Positions 19,705 to 26,941 of a stretch of 32,000 nt of DNA are shown here, piece after piece. The notes under the pieces were generated by a model. The model was given only the letters and a program-made list of their open reading frames with translations, was not told the DNA's origin and made no database searches. The stretch covers positions 1,140,001-1,172,000 of the forward strand of contig NC_009664.2 of assembly GCF_000017305.1 (NCBI RefSeq), read 5' to 3'. A program made the position numbers and the translations under genes. Within the stretch, counting starts at the first letter, position 1; each line of letters starts with the position of its first letter. Source of the stretch: Kineococcus radiotolerans SRS30216 = ATCC BAA-149 (GTDB taxonomy: Bacteria; Actinomycetota; Actinomycetes; Actinomycetales; Kineococcaceae).

Positions 19705-19982
19705 GCGGGCGGTTCCCCCCCGGGGCCGCGCTCCTCGGTCCGCCGCGCGGCGGCCGCCTCGGCGGCCTCGCGCTCGGCCTGCGCCTCCTCCTCCAGCCGG
19801 GCGCGCTGGTTCACCCCGCGGACCCGCCGGGCCATGCTGCGCCCCAGGAAGTAGACGGCGACGGCCAGGAAGAACAGGATGAGGAAACCCGCCAGGCCCG
19901 GGGTCACCAGGTCCGCGTCGAGGGGCTCCTGCGCGGTACCGGTGGGGGTGGGCGTCACCGCCAGGACCAGGGCGGTGGTCAC
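19695..19982 (-). CDS. Small single-pass membrane protein translationally coupled to mca (Rv1083-position gene)
   Basis: 95 aa: [15 protein letters not shown]...[19 protein letters not shown] (TM), then a charged tail. Its GTG overlaps the mca stop as GTGA (19979-19982). It is the 3' part of ORF 19695..21023. Confidence 0.6.
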   Translation of the reverse strand: MTTALVLAVTPTPTGTAQEPLDADLVTPGLAGFLILFFLAVAVYFLGRSMARRVRGVNQRARLEEEAQAEREAAEAAAARRTEERGPGGEPPAQG

Positions 19983-20878
19983 GCGCCGTCCCGCAGCCCG
20001 GCGAAGAGGTCGTCCTCGGGGGTCCGCGTCGGGACGTGGCTGATCGCGAGGTGGTAGTCCTCGGTCGGCCACAGCTCGCGCTGCAGCTCCAGCGGGACCC
20101 CGAAGAACCAGCCGTCGGGGTCGATCTGGGTGGCGTGGGCGAGCAGCGCCCGGTCGCGGGTCTCGAAGAACTCCCCGCACTCCACGCGGGTGGTGATCTC
20201 GAGCTCGGCGCGCTTCGCGGCGTCGGGGTTCGCGTCCTGCTCCTCGAAGCGCTTCATCCACTCCGCGAAGGGCGACTCCTTGCCCTGCGCGAGCAGGGCC
20301 TCGTGGAAGGTCCGCATCCGCTCGCGGGAGAAGCCGGCGTGGTAGTAGAGCTTGGAGGTCTTCCAGGGCTCCCCGGCGCGGGGGAACTTCGCGGGGTCGG
20401 CGGCGTCGTCGAAGGCGGCGCGCGAGACCACGTGGGTCATGATGTGGTCCGGGTGCGGGTAGCCGCCGGACTCGTCGTAGGTGGTCATGACGTGCGGGCG
20501 GAACTCGCGCACGACGTGGACCAGCGCGTCGACGGTGAACTCCGTCGGGGTCAGGGCGAAGCACCCCGCGGGCAGCGGCGGCAGCGGGTCGCCCTCGGGC
20601 AGCCCGGAGTCCACGTAGCCCAGCCAGCGGTGCTGCACCCCGAGGATGCGCGCGGCCTCGGCCATCTCGTGCCGGCGGTACTCGCCCATGTCGCGCAGCA
20701 ACGAGGCGTTCTCCTTCAGCCGCGGGTTGAGCACGTCGCCGCGCTCCCCGCCGGTGCACGAGACGACCAGCACCTCGACGCCTTCGGCGACGTACTTGGC
20801 CATCGACGCCGCACCCTTGCTGGACTCGTCGTCCGGGTGGGCGTGCACGGCCATCAGCCGCAACGTCTCCGCCACCAC
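19979..20878 (-). CDS. mca: Mycothiol S-conjugate amidase
   Basis: [55 protein letters not shown] and further blocks typical of Mca (LmbE/MshB superfamily). The start is one of the tandem GTGs at 20878/20875, after GAGAGGAG. The track ATG at 20920 is probably too far upstream. Confidence 0.9.
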   Translation of the reverse strand: MVAETLRLMAVHAHPDDESSKGAASMAKYVAEGVEVLVVSCTGGERGDVLNPRLKENASLLRDMGEYRRHEMAEAARILGVQHRWLGYVDSGLPEGDPLPPLPAGCFALTPTEFTVDALVHVVREFRPHVMTTYDESGGYPHPDHIMTHVVSRAAFDDAADPAKFPRAGEPWKTSKLYYHAGFSRERMRTFHEALLAQGKESPFAEWMKRFEEQDANPDAAKRAELEITTRVECGEFFETRDRALLAHATQIDPDGWFFGVPLELQRELWPTEDYHLAISHVPTRTPEDDLFAGLRDGA

Positions 20879-21024
20879 AGCTCCTCTCGGGAAGTACCTC
20901 TCGGGCTGCCTGTCGCCCACTGCGTCGACCCCCGCGCGGGGCGGGTGCGACGATCGGGGTCCATCCTCGCCGATCCGCGCCGTCCCGCGAGCACCGCCCT
21001 CGCCACCACCCCCCAGGAGCCACC

Positions 21025-21462
21025 GTGTCCAGCCGCCAGGCGCCCCGGAACGTCCCGCCCGACGTGCTCGCCGAGCGCTACGGCCGCCGCCCCGCGCGCA
21101 CCGGCCGGCCCTGGTACCGCCGTCCCGCGCCGCTGGCCGCGGCGGTGCTCGGCGGGGCGCTGCTCACGGCCTACGGGGTGTGGATCGCGGTGGCCCAGTC
21201 GCAGGGGCCGGCGTTCTCCGAGATCAGCCACCGGATCGTCGACGACCGCACGGCGGAGATCCGCTTCAGCGTGACCCGCGAGCCGGGCACCGCGGTGCGC
21301 TGCCAGGTCCACGCCCTGGACGACTCCTCCTCGGAGGTGGGGCTGCTGCAGGTCGACGTCCCGGCGTCGGCGGAGCGCGACGTGCAGGAGTCCGTGCAGG
21401 TCAGGACCACGTCGAGGGCCGTGACCGTGGGCGTGGAGTCCTGCAGCGCGGTGGAGCCCTGA
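21025..21462 (+). CDS. DUF4307 membrane-anchored protein (Rv1081c-like)
   Basis: 145 aa. Basic N-terminus, one TM (LAAAVLGGALLTAYGVWIAVA), then a beta-rich domain (IRFSVTREPGTAVRCQVHALD). GTG preceded by AGGAG. Divergent from mca, as in mycobacteria. Confidence 0.75.
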   Translation: MSSRQAPRNVPPDVLAERYGRRPARTGRPWYRRPAPLAAAVLGGALLTAYGVWIAVAQSQGPAFSEISHRIVDDRTAEIRFSVTREPGTAVRCQVHALDDSSSEVGLLQVDVPASAERDVQESVQVRTTSRAVTVGVESCSAVEP

Positions 21463-21488
21463 GCCGATCGCGGCTACGGTGGTCGTTT

Positions 21489-21526
21489 CGAGTCGCTCGC
21501 CCCGCGGACGCGGGGCCGGCGGCTCG
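21489..21526 (+). terminator. 16-bp interrupted GC hairpin between DUF4307 and greA (terminator and/or greA leader attenuator)
   Basis: cgagtcgc-tc-gccccgcg[ga]cgcggggc-cg-gcggctcg, followed by acgttcgt. It lies 27 nt after the DUF4307 stop and 55 nt before the greA GTG. A TACGGT hexamer sits upstream at 21475..21480. Confidence 0.4.
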
Positions 21527-21580
21527 ACGTTCGTGGGGGGGCAGGAGGCCCGCCCGGGGCACGTGATCAGGGAGCGGACC

Positions 21581-22078
21581 GTGAGCGAGACGACCACCGG
21601 CAGCGTGACGTGGCTGACCCAGGACGCCTACGACCGGCTGAAGGCCGAGTACGACCGCCTCTCCGGCGAGGGCCGCAGCGAGCTCGCCAAGCGCATCGAG
21701 CAGGCCCGCGAGGAGGGCGACCTCAAGGAGAACGCCGGCTACCACGCCGCCAAGGAGGAGCAGGGCAAGCAGGAGCTGCGCATCCGCCAGCTGCGCCACC
21801 TGCTCGAGACCGCCCAGGTCGGGGAGGCCCCGAAGTCGGTGGCCGGGGAGGTCACCCTCGGCGCGGTGGTGACCGTCGAGCTGGCCGGCGAGGAGATGCG
21901 GTTCCTGCTGGGCAGCCGCGAGATGGGCGACGGCGCCGGCCTGGACGTCTACAGCGAGAAGTCCCCGCTGGGGGCGGCCGTCCTCGGCCGCCAGCCCGGT
22001 GAGGACGTGACCTACACCGCCCCCAGCGGCCGGTCGATCCCCGTCCGGATCATCGCCTGCGAGCCGTTCACCGGCTGA
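21581..22078 (+). CDS. greA: Transcription elongation factor GreA
   Basis: 165 aa: VTWLTQDAYDRLKAEYDRLSGEGRSELAKRIEQAREEGDLKENAGYHAAKEEQGKQELRIRQL..., with the C-terminal SPLGAAVLGRQPGEDV. GTG at 21581 follows GGGAGCGG. Confidence 0.93.
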   Translation: MSETTTGSVTWLTQDAYDRLKAEYDRLSGEGRSELAKRIEQAREEGDLKENAGYHAAKEEQGKQELRIRQLRHLLETAQVGEAPKSVAGEVTLGAVVTVELAGEEMRFLLGSREMGDGAGLDVYSEKSPLGAAVLGRQPGEDVTYTAPSGRSIPVRIIACEPFTG

Positions 22079-22090
22079 CCCGCCGGCGGT

Positions 22091-22106
22091 CCCGCGTCCC
22101 CGCGGG
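22091..22106. terminator. Short hairpin between convergent greA and AI-2E permease genes
   Basis: cccgcg[tccc]cgcggg. Only a 6-bp core stem, so this is weak. Confidence 0.25.
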
Positions 22107-22114
22107 CCCCCGCG

Positions 22115-23305
22115 TCACCGCCTGACGTCCGCCGGGCCCTCGTCGTCGAGGTGCTCGGTGGCGTCGTTGGGAGCGGGGGCGTCGGGGGCCAGGGGCGCGT
22201 CGGAGGCGGCGATCTCCGCGGCCTGGCGGGTCGGGGCCCCCGCCCCGGCCAGGGCCCCGATCGCGGTGTTCAGCACCGCGACGAGCGGCACGGCGAACAA
22301 CGCCCCCACGATGCCGAAGACGGTGGCGCCGGCGGCGACGGACAGGATCACCGCGAGCGGGTGCACCGCCACCGCGCGGCCCATGAGGAAGGGCTGCAGC
22401 AGGTGGCTCTCGACCTGCTGCACCAGCAGGATCACCCCGAGCATGATCAGGGCGATGACCGGGCCCTGGGCGACCAGGGCGACGAGCACGGCGACGACGC
22501 CGGACAGCAGCGCCCCGACGATGGGGATGAAGGCGCCGAGGAACACGACGAGCCCCAGCGGGACCGCGAGCGGCACCTGCAGGACCGCCGCCCCGATCGC
22601 CACCCCGGCGCCGTCGACGAGGGCCACGACGACGGTGGCGCGCATGTAGTGCACCAGGGTCAGCCAGGACTGCCGGGCGGCGTCGTCGAGGGGGTCGCGC
22701 GCCGGCTGCGGCATCAGGTGCAGCAGCCAGGACCAGATCCGGCGGCCCTCCAGCAGGTAGAAGAACGTCGCGAACAGCGTGATGAAGAACCCCGCCACCA
22801 GGTGCCCGGCGGTGGCCGCGACCGTCGTCGCCCCCGCGACGATGGCGTCGCGGTTGTCGGAGATCGCCTGCTCCACCTGGTCGACGTAGCCCGAGATCGT
22901 CGCCGACGACAGGTTCAGCGGGCCGCTGGCCAGCCAGCTCTCGACCTCCCCGATCCCCTCCGTGGCGGAGTCGGACAGGTCGGAGAAGCCGCTCGCGGCC
23001 TGGGTGCTGATGAGGGTCACCAGACCCGCCACGGCGGCCAGCGCCACCAGCAGGGTCGCCAGCGCCGCCACGGCCTGCGGCACCCCGAGGCGGTGGGCGC
23101 GGGCCACCACCGGCCCCAGCAGCGCGGTGACGAGCAGGGCCACGAGGACGGGGACGAGGATCTCGCTGACGTAGCCCAGGCCCCGGGCCAGGACGACGAC
23201 CCCGGCCACCACCACGAGGAAGCGCCAGGACCAGTCCGCGGCCAGGCGCAGGGCCGGGGAGACGTAGGGCGGGCGGTGGGGATCGGACACGGGACGCGAC
23301 GGCAC
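22115..23305 (-). CDS. AI-2E family transporter (PerM/UPF0118 permease)
   Basis: 396 aa, about 8 TM segments. Characteristic LGAFIPIVGALLSG ... QQVESHLLQPFLMGRAVAVHPLAVILSV block. GTG start at 23305, with an alternative GTG at 23290. Confidence 0.9.
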   Translation of the reverse strand: MPSRPVSDPHRPPYVSPALRLAADWSWRFLVVVAGVVVLARGLGYVSEILVPVLVALLVTALLGPVVARAHRLGVPQAVAALATLLVALAAVAGLVTLISTQAASGFSDLSDSATEGIGEVESWLASGPLNLSSATISGYVDQVEQAISDNRDAIVAGATTVAATAGHLVAGFFITLFATFFYLLEGRRIWSWLLHLMPQPARDPLDDAARQSWLTLVHYMRATVVVALVDGAGVAIGAAVLQVPLAVPLGLVVFLGAFIPIVGALLSGVVAVLVALVAQGPVIALIMLGVILLVQQVESHLLQPFLMGRAVAVHPLAVILSVAAGATVFGIVGALFAVPLVAVLNTAIGALAGAGAPTRQAAEIAASDAPLAPDAPAPNDATEHLDDEGPADVRR

Positions 23306-23373
23306 GGCGCCATCCTGCCCCTCGCCGACGCCCCCGGCCCGCAGGCACCGGTGCGCATCCGGGCGAGCGGACG

Positions 23374-23379
23374 TAGGTT
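23374..23379 (+). promoter_or_regulatory. -10 hexamer TAGGTT 6 nt upstream of the AAA+ ATPase GTG (leaderless-type promoter)
   Basis: TANNNT hexamer, with no SD between it and the start. It is embedded in CGGACGTAG (23368..23376), identical to the 9-mer upstream of the VWA gene. Confidence 0.3.
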
Positions 23380-23385
23380 CGCCTC

Positions 23386-24816
23386 GTGAGCATCAGCGAC
23401 ACCCCCACGCTCCCCCTCCAGGCCCCCTCCGACCTCCCCCGGACCCTCGGCGCGCTGCGGGCCTCCGGGCACCGCCACGTCGGGGTCAAGGAGGAGCTGC
23501 GCACCAACCTCGTCGCCCGCATGCGCGCCGGGGAGGACCGCTTCCCCGGCGTCGTCGGCTACGAGGACACCGTCGCCCCCGAGCTGGAACGGGCCCTGCT
23601 CGCCGGCCACGACGTCGTCCTGCTCGGCGAGCGCGGTCAGGGCAAGACCCGCCTGCTGCGGTCCCTGGTGGGCCTGCTCGACGAGTGGACACCCGTCATC
23701 GAGGGCAGCGAGCTCAACGAGCACCCCTACGCCCCCCTCACCCCGGCCTCCCGCCGGCGCGTCGCCGCCGAGGGCGACGACCTGCCCGTCGCCTGGCTGC
23801 ACCGGTCCCTGCGCTACGGCGAGAAGCTCGCCACCCCCGACACCTCGGTCGGGGACCTCATCGGCGACGTGGACCCGGTGAAGGTCGCCGAGGGCCGTGC
23901 GCTGGGCGACCCGGAGACCATCCACTTCGGCCTCGTCCCGCGCACCAACCGCGGGATCTTCGCGGTCAACGAGCTGCCCGACCTCGCCGAGCGCATCCAG
24001 GTGTCGCTGCTCAACGTGCTGGAGGAGCGCGACATCCAGGTCCGCGGGTACCAGCTGCGGCTGCCGCTGGACCTGCTGCTGGTGGCCAGCGCCAACCCGG
24101 AGGACTACACCAACCGCGGGCGGATCATCTCCCCGCTGAAGGACCGCTTCGGCGCGGAGGTGCGCACGCACTACCCCCTGGAGGTGTCGATGGAGGTCGA
24201 CCTCGTCCGGCAGGAGGCCGACACCGTCGCGGAGGTGCCCGAGCACCTGCTGGAGGTGCTGGCCCGCTTCACCCGCGCGGTGCGCGAGTCCCCCGCGGTG
24301 GACCCGGCCTCGGGGGTCTCGGCCCGGTTCTCCATCGCCGCGGCGGAGACCGTGGCCGCGGCCGCGCTGCGCCGGCACGCGCTGACCGGGGAGCGGGGGG
24401 ACGCGGTGGCCCGCGTCGGCGACCTGCACACCGTGGTCAGCGTGCTCGGCGGCAAGGTGGAGTTCGAGCAGGGCGAGGAGGGCCGCGAGGTCGAGGTGCT
24501 GGAGCACCTGCTGCGCACCGCGATCGCGGAGACCTACCGCTCCCTGCTGGGAGGTGCGGAGCTGTCGGGGTTCGCCGAGCTCGTCACCGAGGGCCGCACC
24601 GTGGAGACCGGTGACCTGGTGCCCGCCGAGCGGCTGCTGGAGCAGGTCGGCACCGTCCCCGGTCTGGGGCAGGTCCTGGGCCGCCTCGGGCTGGGGGACG
24701 AGCCGACGCCGGGCCGAGCCGCCTCGGGCGTGGAGTTCGTCCTGGAGTCCCTGCACCTGACCCGCCGCCTGGACAAGCTGGTCCTGGACGACGGCCGGAC
24801 GGTCTACGGCAGCTGA
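23386..24816 (+). CDS. AAA+ ATPase, ChlI/MoxR-like (COG1239-type, Rv0958-like)
   Basis: 476 aa. Walker A LLGERGQGKTRL, Walker B-like RGIFAVNELPDL, LLNVLEERDIQVRGY, and the sensor region LLVASANPEDYTNRGRIISPLKDRF. Confidence 0.88.
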   Translation: MSISDTPTLPLQAPSDLPRTLGALRASGHRHVGVKEELRTNLVARMRAGEDRFPGVVGYEDTVAPELERALLAGHDVVLLGERGQGKTRLLRSLVGLLDEWTPVIEGSELNEHPYAPLTPASRRRVAAEGDDLPVAWLHRSLRYGEKLATPDTSVGDLIGDVDPVKVAEGRALGDPETIHFGLVPRTNRGIFAVNELPDLAERIQVSLLNVLEERDIQVRGYQLRLPLDLLLVASANPEDYTNRGRIISPLKDRFGAEVRTHYPLEVSMEVDLVRQEADTVAEVPEHLLEVLARFTRAVRESPAVDPASGVSARFSIAAAETVAAAALRRHALTGERGDAVARVGDLHTVVSVLGGKVEFEQGEEGREVEVLEHLLRTAIAETYRSLLGGAELSGFAELVTEGRTVETGDLVPAERLLEQVGTVPGLGQVLGRLGLGDEPTPGRAASGVEFVLESLHLTRRLDKLVLDDGRTVYGS

Positions 24817-25121
24817 CGCTTCGGCGGCTTCCCCCGCCAGCGCAGCGACTGCGCGTCCAGCTCCCGCACCAGCGCGTCGCCCTCGGCCAGCACCCGCTCG
24901 CCGAGGGCGACGGCGCGTCCGAGCTGCTCCTCGTCGAGCTGGCGGTGCGCGGGGCCGGCCCGCCGGTCCAGCACGGAGTACCAGCAGCCGCCGACGGCGG
25001 CGTCGAGCAGGACCCGGCCGAAGCAGTGGTTCGCCCGCAGCGTCCACCGGCCGCGGACGGCGGCGGCCGGCAGTTCGCGCTCGACGAGCTCGCGGTAGCG
25101 GGCGAGCAGTTCGTCCCTCAC
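24804..25121 (-). CDS. Conserved hypothetical protein (105 aa)
   Basis: Non-biased composition (VRDELLARYRELVERELPAAAVRGRWTLRANHCFGRVLLDAAVGGCWYSVLDRR...SLRWRGKPPK) and GC3-rich codons. GTG start. Its 3' end overlaps the AAA+ gene convergently by 13 bp. I recognise the HCFxR(V/I)xLD...WY...LxWRGK pattern as a recurrent small bacterial/fungal family but cannot name it. Confidence 0.6.
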   Translation of the reverse strand: MRDELLARYRELVERELPAAAVRGRWTLRANHCFGRVLLDAAVGGCWYSVLDRRAGPAHRQLDEEQLGRAVALGERVLAEGDALVRELDAQSLRWRGKPPKRQLP

Positions 25122-25156
25122 CCGGGCACCGTAGCCACCGGGTTCCGCGGTGCGCC

Positions 25157-25187
25157 GGCGCGGGGGCGGTGTCCGCGCCCCCGCGCC
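25157..25187 (-). terminator. GC hairpin immediately downstream of mmsA
   Basis: ggcgcgggggcg[gtgtccg]cgcccccgcgcc gives a perfect 12-bp stem, 10 nt after the mmsA stop. Confidence 0.55.
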
Positions 25188-25197
25188 TCCGCGCCGG

Positions 25198-26763
25198 TCA
25201 GTCGTTCTGCGGGAACCCGAGGTTCAGACCGCCGTGGGAGGGGTCCAGCCACCGCTCGGTGACGACCTTCCCGCGGGTGAAGAAGTGCACGCCCTCCACG
25301 CCGTGGGCGTGGGTGTCGCCGAACAGCGACTGCTTCCAGCCCCCGAAGGAGAAGTAGGCGACCGGCACCGGCACCGGCACGTTGACGCCGATCATCCCGA
25401 CCTGGACTTCGTTGCGGAACTTCCGCGCCGCGCCGCCGTCGTTGGTGAAGATGGCGACGCCGTTGCCGTAGCGGTTGCGGTTGATGAGGTCCAGGCCCTC
25501 GTCGTAGCCGGCCACCCGCACGACGGACAGGACGGGGCCGAAGATCTCGTCGGTGTAGATGGACATGCCGGGATCGACCCTGTCGAACAGCGTCGGACCG
25601 AGCCAGAACCCGTCGGCGGCCGCCTCGTCGTCCTGCGCGTCCGGGACCACCTCGCGCCCGTCGATCACGAGCTCGGCGCCCTCGCGCACCCCGGCCTCGA
25701 CGTAGCCGGCGACCTTGTCGCGGTGCGCGCCGGTCACCAGGGGGCCCATGTCGCAGCCGCGGCGGCCGTCGCCGGTGCGCAGCGTCGCGACGCGCTGCCG
25801 GATCCGGGCGACGAGCTCGTCGGCGACGGAGTCGACGGCGACGAGGGCGGAGACGGCCATGCACCGTTCCCCGGCGGAACCGAACCCGGCGTTGACCGCC
25901 GCGTCGGCGGCGAGGTCGAGGTCGGCGTCGGGCAGGACGAGCATGTGGTTCTTCGCCCCGCCGAGGGCCTGCACGCGCTTGCCGTGGGCGGTGGCGGTCT
26001 CGTAGACGTACTTGGCGATCGGGGTCGAGCCGACGAAGGACACCGAGGCGACGTCGGGGTGGGCGAGCAGCCCGTCGACGGCGACCTTGTCGCCGTGCAG
26101 GACGTTGAAGACGCCGTCGGGCAGCCCGGCGTCCTTCCACAGCTGCGCGATGAAGTTCGCGGCGGAGGGGTCCTTCTCGCTGGGCTTGAGGACGACGGCG
26201 TTGCCGGCGGCGACGGCGACGGGGAAGAACCACATCGGGACCATGGCCGGGAAGTTGAACGGGGAGATGACCGCCACGACGCCGAGGGGCTGGCGCACCG
26301 AGTAGACGTCGATGCCGGTGGAGGCGTTCTCGCTGAACGCGCCCTTGAGGAGGTGGTTGATGCCGCAGGCCAGTTCCACGACCTCCTGCCCGCGCGAGAC
26401 CTCGCCGAGGGCGTCGGAGAGGACCTTGCCGTGCTCGGCGGTGATGATCTCGGCGAGCTCGCCCTTGCGCTCGTTCAGCAGTTCCCGGAACCGGAACAGG
26501 ACCGCGGTGCGGCGGGCCAGGGAGGTGTCGCGCCAGGCGGGGAAGGCGGCCTTCGCCGCGGCCACGGCGGCGTCGACGTCGGCCGGGTCGGCCAGGACGA
26601 CGCGCTTGGTGCGCTTGCCGGTGGCCGGGTCGTACACGTCGCCCGCCCGCTCGCCCGACCCCGGCGCGGGTGCCCCGGAGATCCAGTGCGGCACGAGCGG
26701 CGCCGGCGACGGGTCGCCCGGCGCACCGGCGTCGGCGCTGGTGCTGGCGGTGGTGGTGGTCAC
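25198..26763 (-). CDS. mmsA: CoA-acylating methylmalonate-semialdehyde dehydrogenase
   Basis: ALDH fold with catalytic GERCMA, and the MMSDH hallmark ALGGAKNHM (Asn replacing the general-base Glu). Also FPAMVPMWFFPVA and a C-terminal WKQSLFGDTHAHG. I chose GTG 26763 (AGGAGG 5 nt upstream); the ATG at 26784 is an alternative. The ORF track runs on to 27333. Confidence 0.93.
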   Translation of the reverse strand: MTTTTASTSADAGAPGDPSPAPLVPHWISGAPAPGSGERAGDVYDPATGKRTKRVVLADPADVDAAVAAAKAAFPAWRDTSLARRTAVLFRFRELLNERKGELAEIITAEHGKVLSDALGEVSRGQEVVELACGINHLLKGAFSENASTGIDVYSVRQPLGVVAVISPFNFPAMVPMWFFPVAVAAGNAVVLKPSEKDPSAANFIAQLWKDAGLPDGVFNVLHGDKVAVDGLLAHPDVASVSFVGSTPIAKYVYETATAHGKRVQALGGAKNHMLVLPDADLDLAADAAVNAGFGSAGERCMAVSALVAVDSVADELVARIRQRVATLRTGDGRRGCDMGPLVTGAHRDKVAGYVEAGVREGAELVIDGREVVPDAQDDEAAADGFWLGPTLFDRVDPGMSIYTDEIFGPVLSVVRVAGYDEGLDLINRNRYGNGVAIFTNDGGAARKFRNEVQVGMIGVNVPVPVPVAYFSFGGWKQSLFGDTHAHGVEGVHFFTRGKVVTERWLDPSHGGLNLGFPQND

Positions 26764-26846
26764 GAAGCCCTCCTGGGACGTCATCGGCGGGGCGACCCCG
26801 CGCCGGGGTGCCGGACCCGGCCCATCATGCCACCCGACCGCCCGGC

Positions 26847-26860
26847 TTTGTCCAGACAAA
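26847..26860. promoter_or_regulatory. Perfect AT-rich palindrome TTTGTC-CA-GACAAA in the mmsA/VWA divergent region (candidate operator)
   Basis: 6-2-6 inverted repeat. It overlaps a minus-strand TGGACA (-35-like), which is followed 19 nt later by CATGAT. Confidence 0.35.
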
Positions 26861-26928
26861 CTGTCATGGAATCGGGGGGTTCGCGGACACTCCGCCGCGG
26901 GCCCGTGGCGCGCGCCGCGGGACGGACG

Positions 26929-26934
26929 TAGCGT
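26929..26934 (+). promoter_or_regulatory. -10 hexamer TAGCGT 7 nt upstream of the VWA gene GTG (leaderless-type promoter)
   Basis: TANNNT hexamer with no SD. It is embedded in CGGACGTAG (26923..26931), identical to the 9-mer upstream of the AAA+ gene. Confidence 0.3.
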
Positions 26935-26941
26935 TCCCGTC

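Noticed and set aside
23017-25047. 676-aa minus ORF antisense to the AAA+ ATPase gene
   Set aside because: Same GC-artefact composition. The plus-strand frame has Walker A/B and sensor motifs.
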